Assembly: GCF_009914755.1 (NCBI RefSeq)
Contig: NC_060925.1
DNA from: the human T2T-CHM13v2.0 reference genome, Homo sapiens
DNA length: 64,000 nucleotides
Strand: one strand, 5' to 3'
The notes beneath the pieces are model-generated. The model was not told the DNA's origin, did not search any database, and was given only the letters and a program-made list of their open reading frames with translations. Made by a program: the position numbers and the translations under genes. Positions 17,671-34,994 of this stretch are shown one piece after another. Each line of letters starts with the position of its first letter. Position 1 is the stretch's first letter.

Positions 17671-17952
17671 CTTAAAGAATAGGACCCCCTCAATCCAGAT
17701 GAGGAGTATAATGATAATGACAACATCTATTGATCTACTGAATGCGTGGCATATGGCAGCATGTTCTAAGCAGTCTACGTGTGTTAAATCATTTAGCCCC
17801 CAGAATAACCATCTGAAATGGGTGGTGTAGCACCTTCATCTTAGAGGAGGAAATAGACACAGTGAGATTAAGCACCTCATGTGAATGAACAAACCAAAGA
17901 ATGGCTTCCTGCAAAAACTGAGATCCAACACTATGTATCTGAACCACTATTC

Positions 17953-18236
17953 TTTTTTTTGAGATGGCGTCTCTCTGTGGCCCAGGCTGGAGTGCAGTGT
18001 TGCAATCTTGGCTCACTGCAACCTGTCCCCCGGGTTCAAGCGATACTCCTGCCTCAGCCTCCCGAGTAACTGGGATTACAGGAGCCTACCACCGCACCCA
18101 GCTAATTTTTGTATTTTTAGTAGAGACGGGGTTTTGCCATCTTGGCCAGGCTGGTCTTGAACTCCTCACCTTGTGATCCACCCGCCTTGGCCTCCCAAAG
18201 TGCTGGGATTACAGGTGTGAGCCACTGAGCCCGACC
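17953..18236 (-). mobile_element. Alu (S-type)
   Basis: Antisense dimer, TSD-like TGAA.CCAC. Confidence 0.92.
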
Positions 18237-19915
18237 TGAACCACCATTCCTGAAGTAAAAGGTAACTTTGATGGTACATACTGCACTTAAAAAGGAAAAA
18301 AGTTCATATGTGAAATTAATAAAAGGATGTAGGAAAACAGGCACTCTCATATATTGCTAATGATTGTTCACACTGATACAAATTGCTAAACTCCCCTCCA
18401 GGAAGGAATCATCTGACTTAAAAATGTGTATACCCTTCGACCCAACAATTCATCCTAAGAAAATAACCAGTTATACACATAAAACAGAGGTGCAGTGATA
18501 TTTACTACAGTCTTTTCCATAACACCGAAAAATTGAAACTCTATCAACACCCAAATACAGAGTTAAATGACAATACTTTCATACAATGTAATTCTATATA
18601 GCCATTACAAATAATAGAGCACATCAAAAGATGTTCGTGATATGTTAAAGTAAGTAAATTATAAAGTAGAATGAACGGCATAATCCTAGCAACTATAACA
18701 CATAGAAGCAAAAATGTTAAATGTGATTATCTCCAAATATGAGATTCTAGTAGTCTTGTTTTCCTTTAGCATATCTGCATTTTCCTTTTTTTCCACCCCT
18801 GTTTTAGTTTGGCTTTTATTTAAAAGTCGTTTTGTTTTTTTTAATTTATTTTTTGACTGCTTTTGCGGAGCAGGCTATCCTATAAGCAGTATGCTGAGAG
18901 TAGCGTATTCAGAAGTTTTTAAAATGGAAGTTCAGATACAAATGAAAAGGAGATCCCTTTGACACTGACAGAATTAACATATAGTTTCAACTACTTGTAC
19001 TCAATTCCAAAGACCCATAGTATGTTACAAAAATGTGTGGTTCCTATTGCTGAACACATTGTGAATGGCACACCACAGAATGGGTAGGAAAAAGTTTCTT
19101 GGTTAGTCACCAGGGCCGGTCAGTTGTCTAGCCTCCACACCTTAACCCAGCTGAGATGCTGCGGGATGAACTCTATAGGTGATCTAAAGTGAATCCCAGA
19201 GATGTCTAGGAAACTGACCCCGATTGTGGTTCCAGAGCACTGAGTTCAGGAATGTACTCGGCCTAGACTAAAACAGCCTAGAAAGGCTGAAGCTGATGAA
19301 TGAATAATTTGTTATGTCTGATCCTGATTCTGTCACACTCTGCGACCATACTGTGTGGCTTAACTCCAGGACTAATGAGGGCACCTGGCAGGCGAGGCAT
19401 TCTTTAGTGCATATCTAGTTATGACTGGACCTAGAGGGACCCAGAAGGTGACAGGTACATTTTCAGGCTATCATCCACAACTGTTCACCCTTTGGAGAAA
19501 TTTTATTTAACTTGGAAACATGGCCCATCTCTATCATTAACCTGTCTGCACTGACTTTTTTTTCTTTTCATTCTTTAGATAAGCAAATTATTTAATTTTT
19601 ACCCAAATGGTATCTCTGTCTGGTCTTTCCATCAATCCACACCCAACATCATCCTTTGTCATTAAAACAGTTGTGTAGTTCTCTACTCCACTAAATAAAC
19701 TACGGAAACATGCAATGTTTTTCAAAAAGTGGTTTTGGAACCTCTGAGGCCTCATGAAGTCCTCAGGAGGTTTGAATACAGAGTGCTATGTTTTAGCCCA
19801 TCCACAGTTGGTACCTTCATCTATCACTCTGGAGTGCTGCCCTGGTACAAGAAAATATCAAGTGCCTGCCCCTGAAAGCACACGCCCACTCCTATGAAGG
19901 ACTGCATTGGTACTA

Positions 19916-20035
<120 letters not shown>

Positions 20036-20509
20036 CTACAAATTGGGAGAAAAAGACAAGAAAAAATACTTCATGTTATACATTGCATATGCAAAAAGTT
20101 TTCAAACACCTTACTTCTTGGTCAGCTAAATCCACAATGGCCCTAACCACGGTCACTAACATGGTTCTACTGTGGTTTTGGCATCACTGGGTTTTCTAGT
20201 GCAGTCATGGTTATTAAATAACGATATTTAAGGTAATCAAAGTTGTCACGAAATTCTCAAATGCTAAACATAATCCACATAACCTTAAAAAAAAAACCCA
20301 CCTTGAAAGAAAAAATATTCAGGGAAGTGAGCAGTGTTGTTAAATTAAGCCAACACATTATAGTGTCAACACTCCCCCAAAGGGTTAAAACTAAACTGAA
20401 AGACACAGATTTTTACTGGGAACAAAAGCACTCAGGAAACTCCGTTCAAAAAGAATCTTCAGAAGAAAATATAAACAAAACAAAAAAGGGAATATAAAAG
20501 AGGACTGGA

Positions 20510-20832
<323 letters not shown>

Positions 20833-21223
20833 TCACTATGTCTATCGTTTTCTTGGGTCCTCCCATTTCTTCCAGGCAACATTTCCTCATTCTCATGCCT
20901 ATTCTTATATACCAACTTAACCATAGGGGAAACTTCTGTTAAGCTCTTAAAACCATGCAGGGGTTCAAAATTAAGCACATTTCAATGGATTATGTCTATT
21001 TCTTTCATGAACACCAGTTCTTAGCAATGCAGTATAAGAATAGTTTTTGCATCGTGACTACCCATGAACCCATTAGCATCCATCTTAGACTAGTCCTTCC
21101 TTGAGGACAAAGATTAACTCCTCCCTGGTTAAAAATATGGCAACTAGAAGTTATATCGACATGATCAAAATATTGTATGTCTGAACCAAACTACTTGATT
21201 GATAACTCGCACACTATAAATAG

Positions 21224-21518
21224 TTTTGTTTTTTGAGACAGTCTCACTCTGTCACCTAGGCTGGAGTGAGTGGTGCAATCACGGCTCACTGTAATGCAGC
21301 CTCGACCTCCTGGGCTCAAGTGATCCTCCCACCTCAACCTACCAAGTAGCTGGGACTGTAAGCAAATGCTACCATGCCTGCCTATTTTCTTAATTTTTTG
21401 TAGAGATGGGGTCTCACTGTATTGCCTAGGCTGGTCTCTAACTCCTGGGCTGAAGCAATCCATCTGCCTTGCCCTCCCAAAATGCTGGGATTACAGGCGT
21501 GAGCCATTGCGCCTGGCT
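21224..21518 (-). mobile_element. Alu (J-type)
   Basis: Antisense dimer. Confidence 0.9.
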
Positions 21519-21949
21519 GATAGTTTTTTTTTTAAACTATATATACTAAGATAAACAAGTGTATCAAAAAAATTCAAGATTAATTCTAATTTCTAGATAA
21601 CAGTGATACTCAGAGTACTGCTATTTCAATTACCTATCTGATCTTCAGTATCAATGAAACTGTTAACTACAATCATATATGGACTCCTATAGTTGAGTAT
21701 ACAAAGCTCTTCTCACTAATCATTATAGCTGGCATCATCAGTAGAAATCCTACTCTTCCCTCTGTCTTATATTTATGTCTATAAACACATCAACAAACGA
21801 GACAGATTATTTAGAGGAAGAACAGGGCAAATTCCAAAAAAGAAATTTAATCTCAAATTTATTTGTGTATTTATTGATGAGTCTCTAACATTATATTCAT
21901 TGCTAATAATCAACATTAATAATACAAACACATTTTAAAAAACTGAACA

Positions 21950-23330
21950 GAGTTCTGCTGCCAGTAATATCAGACCAATTCTCCTATAGATAGTAACTAT
22001 GAACTCTGGATGAAACATAAAAAACAATGATTTGAAGGCACTGGAATTCAAACAAACAGGCAGAAACTAGAGAAGAATCAGTACTTGGAAGAAGGAAAAG
22101 GCTCCAAATATGCATCTCCTCCCTACCCCACTTCTTGACTCTTTGTCTGAGGATACAACTCTAGGGTAACTAGAAATTTGAATGAAAATCTGTAGTCTTT
22201 CTGCTTGAAAATTAAGAGGACAGAGTTGGGGCAAACACATCAATTAATAAAAGGCATTAGGGGGAACCTCCCAGAAAGGAAAGGATCACAGAGAGAGAGA
22301 ACCACAAATTCTTCATATAAACTCTACCCAAATCTGTGGCTGACTCATGAAATACACATACAAGGCAGAACCCAAGTAGCCCATCCAAGGCCAGAGAAAC
22401 TGAATAGAGATTTTAGCTGTTTCTCACTGCAAGTGAGACAATGTTTAGTCTGTGTCCAGCCAATTTAGCTGCCTGCTAAAACAAAAAAAAAAAATCAATA
22501 CTCTGAGGAATATAATAGGATCCAGAGTTCCTACAATGAATTATTTACAATATCTAGGATACAATGCATGAGTAGCATGTAGTCCCAGCTACTCAAGAGG
22601 CTGAGATGGGCGGATAGCTTGAGCCCAGGAGTTTAAGGCTGCAGTGAACCACGACTGTGCCACTGCACTCCAGCTCAGGTAAAAGAGCGAGACCCTGTCA
22701 AACAACAACAAAAAAACCAAAACCCAAACCAAAAAACCCCCCAAAATACTAGACATAAAACAGAAAAATGTTACCCATATTTTAGAGGAAAGATAATAAT
22801 CAATAAAGACAGACGCTGAGATGACTCAGAATAAGCGTACACAGATTTTAAAGCTGCTGTTATAACTATGGTCAAAGCTGTAGAGAAAAATATTCTCAAA
22901 CAATGAACACATAGGAAATTTTAGAGAAATAGAAACAGTAAAAAAGAACTAAATGGAAACTGAAGCACTAAAAAGTATAATATTTAAAATAAATCTAAAA
23001 TAAAAAATTCATTGGATAGGCTTAACTTCAGATTTGAGATGACAGAAGAGTCACTAAACTTGAATACAGATGAACAGAAGTTATCTACATTAGAAAAGAG
23101 AAAAAACACTGAAAAAAATGAACAGTCTTGTGATCTGCAGGACAATACCAAAAGATCTAACATACATGTAATTGGAATCCCAGGAGGAATAGAGAGAGCG
23201 AGCGAAGTCAGAAAAGGTTCTGAAGACATTAATAGTTGAAAATCCCCCAAATTTGGTAAAATACATACATTTACAGATTGAAGAAACATGTAGCACGCCC
23301 TGAATAAAACAGACAAAGAAAAAGCACACC
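21950..23330 (+). mobile_element. Old L1M 5' region/ORF1 remnant (contains an Alu monomer)
   Basis: ORF 23012..23239 resembles L1 ORF1p (..DNTKRSNIHVIGIP..). Confidence 0.8.
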
Positions 23331-23545
23331 AGGCCTGGTGCGGTGCCTCACGCCTGTAATCCCAGCACTTTGGGAGGCTACTTGGGAGGCTGAGGCAGCA
23401 CTCTGGGAGGCCGAGAAGGGCAGATCACTTGAGGTCAGGAGTTTGACACCAGCCTAGCCCACATGGCAAAATCCCATCTTTACTAAAAATACAAAAATTA
23501 GCCAGGTGTGGTGGCATGCACCTAGAATCCCAGCTACTTAGGAGT
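23331..23545 (+). mobile_element. 3'-truncated Alu with internal slippage repeats
   Basis: TGGGAGGC repeated three times in the left arm. Confidence 0.85.
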
Positions 23546-24118
23546 AATAAACCAAATACAGGAAAACGTTAATTGTTGTAGAATGTAGTTAGTGGCTATA
23601 GGGTTTACCGAATAATTCCTTCAAGTTTTCTTCATGTTTAAAACTAAAAAACAGATCCTTCAAATACATTTCCATGCTGCTACTTCACATGCACTCTGTG
23701 AACAAATCAGATTTCCCTACATATCGGGAATAGAGAAACCTCACTGGTTTTCTGTTTTCTGTAAAAGAATAACTTTTATTCCCTCTATATCCTTATTACA
23801 AAAAAGATTTGAAGCAGTTATTAGCCTTGTATTACAGACTTCTACAGTTGGAAGTAAGAGGCAATAATACTCACTTATCCTAAGAATCCTAAACTTTTTT
23901 TATATCCATTACCAACTTTTGAAATTCCCTAGGTTTTAGGGAATTTTAGGTTGGAGATTTCTAATCTAGTCAACTCCTTCTCTTCTAGATATAGCACATT
24001 TATTCACAGATAATCTATCCCCAAACCAGTCTTATATCACACTACAGTGTATTTAGTCAATAGGGGAAGAAAGGTGAAAGTCTCTCAACCAGAGAGAATT
24101 ATATAGTCTTCCAATCTA

Positions 24119-24409
<291 letters not shown>

Positions 24410-25201
24410 TTATATAACTGAACAAATGTAATCCTTTGTTTTACTAGTAAGAAGTAGTGAAGTGGGCTTAATGCCAAAACCTAGGTAATCATTTGCTATA
24501 TAATTCACAAATGGCAGGAATTTTTAAAAAATGCTTGAGAAAAATGGCTGCTTCTATATAAACATTTTTGAAATTTAAGAATAAAGTTTTCAGCCACATC
24601 TAAGTAAGTTAATTATCAGAACTGCTTTAATAGCTTTTTGCATAAATGTGTGCATATATATGTATAAACGCCACAGGAGATATTAAATTTAAGTCAACTG
24701 GAAGGCATCTATTTGGAAGGGTTGGATAAATAGAAATAAGAAAAACAGTACTGACTGTAGTCATAAATAATCAGTAAATTTGGTCTTACTGTGCAAATTC
24801 CAAAAATCCTACTTCTTGTTAGGCAATTTAAAATACTTGTGATACATCAGGCAATTATTACGGTATAAATAAGCAACTGAAGTCACTTCAAATAACACTG
24901 AAAAACTCTTGCTGTACAGCACTGATAAAAGATAAGCATATCAAACACAGTTTTGAACCATCTTCTATGTACCATTTCCCATCACATTTATATCTTCACT
25001 ACTACCCTTGTGGTTGTGGCATTATCTCCAGTTTACATATTAAGAAACTGAGGCCCAAAATTAAGCAATTCACCTAAGGTCATAGAAAGTGGCAGATCCA
25101 GGAATCAAGTCCCATTTAGTGATTCCAAAGTCAGTCCCCTTTCCACTCCCTCACAGCTGTCTAATCAGTGCCAAAACAGTTCAAATAATTTTTCTTTTAT
25201 T

Positions 25202-25470
<269 letters not shown>

Positions 25471-25773
25471 TTCAAATAAATTTTCTAATTACCATAAATG
25501 AATCAGAATACATTAAATAAAGCAGTTCATAGGCAGGGAATATCAGTGCTACTTTAATAATATAAAACCCTATTTTAAAAGATTATATCAAAGTTCTTTG
25601 TATCTTTTAGAGCTGTGGTTTTCAAATTTTGCTGACTACACAACACCATCAGTTAAAAATATTTGTACACACACCTATTTACTTACAAAATATATGCATA
25701 TATTGTGGTGAGTCTATATATTCAGTATTAATAAAGATTGTATTTTCTTATTTTCAGATAAATAGAAATTCTA

Positions 25774-25997
<224 letters not shown>

Positions 25998-26633
25998 CTA
26001 GGTCATTTGGTTGCCCACGTCAGACTTCCTAGAAGCTCTTTACACTCAGTAGATATTCAATAAAATGGGATTAAAGGGAAGTGATGACTCCTACCTAATT
26101 ATAGACATGAACAGGAGGGAAAAAAGGGAGAATACAGTTTTTTGTCATGGGCTGGGCAAGCACTAACTGGAGAGTCTAGACTACAACATAATGGACAACA
26201 ATACAATTTTTTCTCTTTAAGATATTCAGTAAATAACAGATATCCATAGTAGAAACCTCTTTATTAAAAGCAATAAGTCAATTATAATATAGCATTTTTA
26301 GATATTTTCTTATCTAAAAGAATTGTGCCTTGAGCTTCAAGTTACGTGGACACAGGAAATCCCGTTGCATTACAGTGCTATTAAACCTTCTACCACAGCC
26401 ACAGTATCACGATGATTAATGCTTACCATGACCTTCAGGTACTGAAATAACCATAACTGCCTTTGGATCATCGAAAAGATAAGATTAGGTTCAATATTAA
26501 CTTAGTTATATACACATTTAAAAATTCATAACCTAGGTATTACATATATGAAAATGTTCTTTTAACATAAAGTTCTACTTCTTTACTTTTAATAAATAAC
26601 AGCACTTAAGATAATAAAAATATGGTTAATTTA

Positions 26634-27123
<490 letters not shown>

Positions 27124-27669
27124 TTAACTGAATTCACAGACATCCTAAGTAAGAAACCTCTATTTTGTAATACAGACCTGAATATATTGTCCAATTTATT
27201 TAAAAAGCTGTTTGAAACCCAGCTTTATAAAATAGCAGGCTCTTTAAAATAATGTTCAGTACCTTCCACCTTCTAGGAACTATTATTCTAAATACATCAT
27301 ATGTATCAACTTATTTCATCCTTATGTCAATCCCCATGAGGGAGATTCTTTTATCCCAAGTTTACAGATGATAAAACTGAGGCAGAGGAGGTCACACAGC
27401 TAGAAAATGGCAAAGCTTGGATTGAGAGCCATGGAGACTGCTTATAAAAGTGAGGTGTTACTTAATTATACAGTTTTAACAAACCTTAAAATACCAGAAG
27501 TCCTAATCAGCATATTTAAGACTTGGAAGTATAACCTCCCTTAGAAACACAGCTGAACATAATGGGAATTGCTAATAAACACAGACAGTTAAAAACTTAT
27601 CAACTTCCTAAAATTGGTTCCCTGGTGACACAGAGAACCTAGTTAGGATCAGCTTTCTTTCGTTGTCTT

Positions 27670-27918
27670 TGTTTTTGAGACAGGGTCTCGCTCTGTCACC
27701 CAGGCTGGAGTGCAGTAGCGGAAGCAGATCATAGCTTACTGCAGCCTCGAACTGCTGGACCCAAGCAGTCCTCCTACCTCAGCCTCCCAAGCAGCTGGAA
27801 CTACAGGCATGAGCCACAATACTTGGCTAATGTTTTTTTTTTCAGACATGGGAGCTCACTATGTTGCCCAGGCTGGTTTTGTGCTCCTCCTCCCACCGTG
27901 GTGTCCCAAAGTGCTGGA
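27670..27918 (-). mobile_element. Alu (J-type, degenerate)
   Basis: Antisense Alu. Confidence 0.85.
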
Positions 27919-28276
27919 GCAGCTTTCTTTATCCTCACCAGAATTTTTACAAACTTTTAATTTTAAGGCATAAATAATGTTACTTGTGTCTTACATTTTT
28001 TACTATTTTTTCTTTTACAGAAATAAATTAGACAATAATTCTAAGAGAAAGTTGATTCATAATATTTGTTTCTTCAAGATTATTATAAATTAACTGGTAA
28101 AATCAGCAGTTTTCCAAAAGTTCAAAATTTGGTAATTCAGGATTTATCTAAGCATAAGGAACTTCCAAACGCGTATGAATCACACTGAAAAATAAAGTCT
28201 CCTGGATCCTAAAGTTCCAATTCTGTAAAGAATCTCTACAGATACCCCAAGGCAATCTGTCAAAAATGATGAAATA

Positions 28277-28960
28277 GGCTGGGTATGGTGGCTCATGCCT
28301 GTAATCTCAGCACTTTGGGAGGCTGAGGCAGGTGGATCACAAGGTCAGGAGTTCGAGGCCAGCCTGACCAACACAGTGAAACCCCATCTCTACTAAAAAT
28401 ACACAAATTAGCCAGGCGCAGTGGTGGTAGCCTGTAATCCCATCTACTTAAGAGAGGCTGAGGCAGGAGAATTTCTTGAACCTAGGAGGCGGAGGTTGCA
28501 GTGAGCCAGTGAGCTGAGATAGCACCACTGCACTCCAGCCTGGACAACAGAGCAAGACTCCATCTCCAAAAAAAAAAAAAAAAAAAAAAAAAAAAGGTGA
28601 GACATAAATTTGGATGAAAGACATTTTAGTCTATTAAAAACAGACTCCAGGGCATGGTGGCTCATGCCTGCAATCCCAGTGCTTTGGGATGCTGAGGCTG
28701 GTGGATCCCTTGAGGGTAAGAATTCAAGATCAGCCCAGACAAGACAGCGAGACCTCAACTCTACAAAAAATTTAAAAAATTAGCCAGTTTTCGTGGCATG
28801 TGCCTGTAGTCCTAGCAGGGTGGTGAGGTAGGAGGATCGCTTGAGCCCCGGAGTTTGAGGTTATAGTGAGCCATGACTATGCCACTGCACGCCAGCCTAG
28901 GCGACAGAGCAAGACCCTGTCTCTAAAACACATAATAAAATAAAATAATAAAAAATAAAA
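28277..28960 (+). mobile_element. Two tandem Alus (AluS 28277-28594, AluJ 28647-28960)
   Basis: Sense dimers immediately downstream (in transcript direction) of exon 3. Confidence 0.9.
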
Positions 28961-28994
28961 ACAGACTCCATACTATTAAGCTTAGCAACTTTTA

Positions 28995-29180
<186 letters not shown>

Positions 29181-30112
29181 TCACCTCGCACATGCACGTT
29201 TCCTCATGCCCATTTCAGAGCTTTTACTTTGAGACACAAGTGTTTATGAGGATTAATTCTCTACCTTTATTCTTCTAGTCAGACAAAATGGGGGAACAAG
29301 TAAACTGAAAGTTGCTAACTACCAAGTTACTTATGCATGAGTCCTTATTGCAATGCTATATTAAAGCAAGTATGAATATGTCTGGCCTCGCTACAAGCAA
29401 ATGTTCATATCATTTAAAAGCAAACTATAGTAAAGTCAGTTCTCATGCCCATACCTAAAAACATATCTATATCTAAAATTTTCCTTTGCTGCCTTCTTCT
29501 ATTTCAGAAAGTGTTCCTTTTGCTCAAGATTAGGTCTTTCCATCCAAGAGGAAATCCCCTTCTCTCCTAGACCTTGCTTCACTGGTTACCCCTGTAACTA
29601 GTGACTCCTTCCCTCCACATTACAAACATGATAAAGTCCTGACTCTAATTATTCTCTTCACCTTCCATCCTTCCTTGCCACCACACTTTACACTGAGGTC
29701 CTACAAAGAAATTAAAACTGCAGCCTGTTTCTTACTTCCCACTCATTTTATAAAACAAGAGTTTTAGCTTTAATATCACCACCTCCACTGAGATTCCACT
29801 AATGTAACCAATGAGCTGCTGCTAAATCAATAGACACTCTTGAACTCTTACCTTCCTGGTTTCTCTACGGCTTAATACTGCCCAGCTCCCTAAAATGCTC
29901 TCTTCCCTTCCTTCTGTGGCCTGCTCAGTCATCTTCACTGCCTCTTGTTCCCCAGCTTGTCCACTGAGAGTGGTATTAGTCTAGGGCTCTGCCTTTGGGT
30001 CTTTTCTCAATCTACTCATTTTTTTTACTTCCTCTCCCTAAACAATATTATTTATTCTCATGGCTTCAAATAGCATGGGAATGATTCCTGAATTAGTAAC
30101 TCTAGTTGTTTT

Positions 30113-30405
<293 letters not shown>

Positions 30406-30483
30406 TGAATTAGTAACTCTAGTTTAGACCCATGTAAAGGACCTGTAAATTCACTGGACATCTTCACCCAGATAACCCACAGA

Positions 30484-31373
30484 CAGCTGTGTGCTAAAGC
30501 CTGCTACTACTGGCTTCTGGGAGCCAACTGTCAACTTTTCAGAAATTTTGTGAGACGGTTATTAAACATAGCCTTTATTTAAAATTAAATTATATAATCT
30601 TATAATATATATTAAAATCAAAGGAAATACTCAAATTAATCACTTAATGTTTTACTACATTTTACTATTATGTTCTTGAAATCATTTATATTTATTACAT
30701 CTACATGGTGGAAATAGTATATATGGCATGCTACTGCTTGTCTTTCCCCCACTCTGTGTTCAGTGATGTCACATTAGTCACTTGAATTGGCCATAGTGGA
30801 AATATTCACACCCTAGAAACTGGCAAATAATACAAATAAGGGTTTGGTTTATTGTTTTGTTGACTGTCTAGACTTAAGAAAGTATAGAGAAAATGTTGAT
30901 AATGCAAATTAAGCTTAATGTGATGTGTCTATCTATAGCCACTACAGAGTGAATAGTTAAAAAAAAAAAAAAAAGTCAAGGAAGATACGATTCCAGTGTT
31001 CCAAAACTATTACCTGATACAGCATAGAAGTCACTGACTTTATTAAGTGTAAAGCTGACATATCTTAGTTGTCACTTTAGTCCTCACCTCACTGTTTAAC
31101 TTAAAAGAAAGACTTTTGTCACAACTACACTCTTTTGTTAACTGCAACCATAAGTTGGTCATAGATAGGAGAGTCTGACAAACAACAAAAGCGTTCTATG
31201 AGAATCAACTGGTTTCATGGAATTTACGATAAACAGTATTGTATAGGTTATTATCTGTCAATTACAGGCTGTATATACTTTATGTCAATAAAATTTATAA
31301 TAAACATGTATGTACATATAAGCATCATTTTTCCCAGAGAGCCAGTTAGTAAACCTTTATCAGTACACTACTG
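30484..31373. mobile_element. Arthur1-like hAT-Tip100 DNA transposon inserted into an L2
   Basis: Ends CAGCTGTGTGCT... and ...AGTACACTACTG (degenerate TIRs); subterminal GAGCCA/GGTT repeats. Confidence 0.7.
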
Positions 31374-32379
31374 CCTGTAGGAACCTCAAGGTCAACATAT
31401 ACACAACTGAGCTTCTTTCCCATGAAACCTGCTCTTCTCTTTTAGTATTTTTGTTTTGATTGATGATTCCACTATTCTCCAAGTCAGAACACTAGCAATC
31501 TTCCTAGCCTCCTCCTCCATTTTCTACATTCAATGACCTTATTCTCTCACAAGGTCACCCCTCTGATCTCTGTAGATCAGCCCCTCAGCAGTCCTTGCCA
31601 CAACAGGTCTCGTCCTTCCACTCAACCCTCCACATGCCTGTTACATGTGATCTGCTCACTGTCTGCCTCTCACAGTCATATGCTTCCCCCCTCTTTTCTT
31701 TATATACACCTCTCTACTCTCCTACCTCTCCTGGCTGTTTCTCTCACACTGTGCCACAACCCTTCCCCCACCACCACAAGCCCTGTGCTCAAGTTATATA
31801 GAAGTGTTAGGAGTTTCTCAAACACCCCGGGCTATTTTATATCTATTTATATCACAGCACATACAACATTTTATTATACGATTACACCTATTTCCTTCTA
31901 CTAAATGTCAAGCCCCTCCTAACACTCTATTTATCTCTGTATTCTACCACACATACTACATTATTTGCTTACAGAAGTACTTAGTGTTGAGTTTGGGTCC
32001 TTTGGTGAAATGCAAGAATGGAAAATATGCCATAACCACAGAAATGCAGTTTCTGTTACTAATTACCAATTAAGGCAGAATACCTTTCATAGATAACTAG
32101 CATTTGGAATAAAAGTATAAACAGAAATGAATAAATGTGCTAACTAAATTATTGCAAGTATGTACCAAATTTGGTTTTTTAGCCATCTTACTAGGTACTC
32201 TTACTAGATCCACAAAATTACTGTGTCCCAGGAAGGTGTTTCTGCCTAATATCTATTTTTATACAGATAGCTGATCATTCTCATAACACAAATCAAGCAC
32301 GCTAAATTTAAAGCAAGACTGTTATGATGGCAAATAAATTAGTGGTGAAATGTCTGAATATAAACTATATTCATTACAT

Positions 32380-33220
32380 TTGGTTCTGAGTCATTCATTC
32401 AATAGTTGTTGAGTGCCTTAGTCTGCACCAAGCTAGGTTTTAGGTATTGGGAATACACCAGTGAAAAAACCTGAAGCCCCAATGCTCATGAAACCTACAT
32501 TCAAGTGGAGAAAGACAAACAATTTTACAACTAAATACAATACAGATGCCAGCTGGTGATAAGTGTTACCAAAAAAAAATTAAAGCCAACTAAGGGAAGA
32601 CACAAACAAGATAGGGGTGGGCTGCTATTTACTATGGGGCTGTCTGCTAGAGTGACATCTAATCAGAGACCTGAAGGAAGTGAGTCCTGAGGACATTAGT
32701 GAGAGAGGACGTAGGAAATGCAAAGGCCCTGAGGTAGGGGCACTTTTAGTGTATGAAAGTACAGTAAGGCAGCCAGTGTAGGGGAAGTAGATGTAGATAA
32801 GGTCAAATACCACAACAAAGACTTGGAGTTTCACTCTGAGCAAGAAAGGAGGTCAATGGAGGGGTATGAATAGAGAATTGACATAATTTGACTAATTTTA
32901 AAAGGATCACTCTGGCTGCTGTATGGAAAATAAAATGTAGGGGGTCAAAGGTAGAAGCAGTAAGTTCAGAGAAGGGGACTTCTGCAATAATCCAGGTGAG
33001 ACATAATGGCAGCCTAGATCAGATGGCAGTGGTAAAGGTGGTGAGAAGTCAGATTCTGGGTATGGTCTAAGCAGCATCTGGAAGGTATGCTGATGGATTG
33101 GATGTGGCAGGTGAAAGGAAAAATCAGGGTAACACCAAGGGTTTTGGTCTGAGCAACTGGTGGAGGAGTCATTATTTTCTAACAGGGAAATACTACAGTA
33201 AGTACAGCTTTTGGAGGTGG
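32380..33220 (-). mobile_element. L2 LINE remnant
   Basis: TCATTCATTCAA 3' tail; AAAAGGATCACTCTGGCTGCTG..; GTCAGATTCTGG motifs. Confidence 0.75.
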
Positions 33221-33347
33221 TTCTGATAGTAGTGATGATTCTGAGGTCTTTCATTTGCTGTGTAATAGGCTCTATTATCATTGCAACCATGAACTAAAGA
33301 AACCTGTCTTGAAAAGGAATGAAAGCTACTATGAGTAAGCACTACTA

Positions 33348-33693
<346 letters not shown>

Positions 33694-34300
33694 TCAGTCA
33701 CAAATGTGCCAGTGCAATTCAATCCTGAAAGGGCCTTCTCTGCTTATCACCTGAGTCTTCACATACATAGAAGTCAACTTCTATGCGTTTCTTCCCCTAG
33801 TCCCTCACTACACAATCTTCAGAGGTTGATCTCATTGAGAACAGACTAAGGCTTTGGGCCCCTAACTAATAACTGAGAGCTATCTAATGTCAGCATGAAA
33901 TGGATTACCAAAGCTCAGTTCCAGAAGGGTAGTCAGGAAAAAGAGCATGGCATATTACACATACTGCAGATTACACAACTAAAAAATACTACAAAACTGA
34001 AAAAAATTAAATTTATCTCTGTGAAGTTAGTGAAAAGTATATTTAGACATGCACATGTGTCTAAGGAGAGAACTGCTCTAGAACAGAACCTTTTAAGAAT
34101 TGCTATTCTAAATCAAAGCAAAAAACAAACAAACCACACTGGGTATCTAAATACTACACATGTTAACCAGTGAATATACTCTCTTCCAATTATCATTTGG
34201 CTTAAAATGTTGGTTAAATTTACTTTTTGGCCCAAACTATATGGAAGAAAAGCAAATGAAACAGCCATTTCTCCCAGGAAGAGCCCACATATCTGAATGA

Positions 34301-34735
<435 letters not shown>

Positions 34736-34994
34736 TCATGTATCAATTACTATGAAGTTCAATATGTATCATAAGTTTATTACAAAATAAGCTTATGTTT
34801 GTAGGAAATTCAGATAAACACAAAGAAAAGAATTTTTAAATCACATATGAACCCACTATCCAGAGACAACCACTAATAACATTTTGGTTTAGAGTATTTT
34901 TGTCTTTCACGTATATATGTATGTATTCATGCTCACGTAAGTATACTAATTCTTCAAAACAAACAAGATGTGGTAAGAATCTGTTTCAAAAGGC

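Noticed and set aside
19285-19345. Possible intronic C/D-box snoRNA (TGATGA...CTGA)
   Set aside because: On the strand opposite the host gene, too short, no terminal stem or recognisable guide.
23012-23239. 75-aa ORF with coiled-coil/RRM-like sequence
   Set aside because: Degenerate L1 ORF1p remnant with stops nearby.
31533-32073. 123-aa and 89-aa + strand ORFs
   Set aside because: Low-complexity C/T-rich sequence adjoining an L2 remnant; no splice or homology support.
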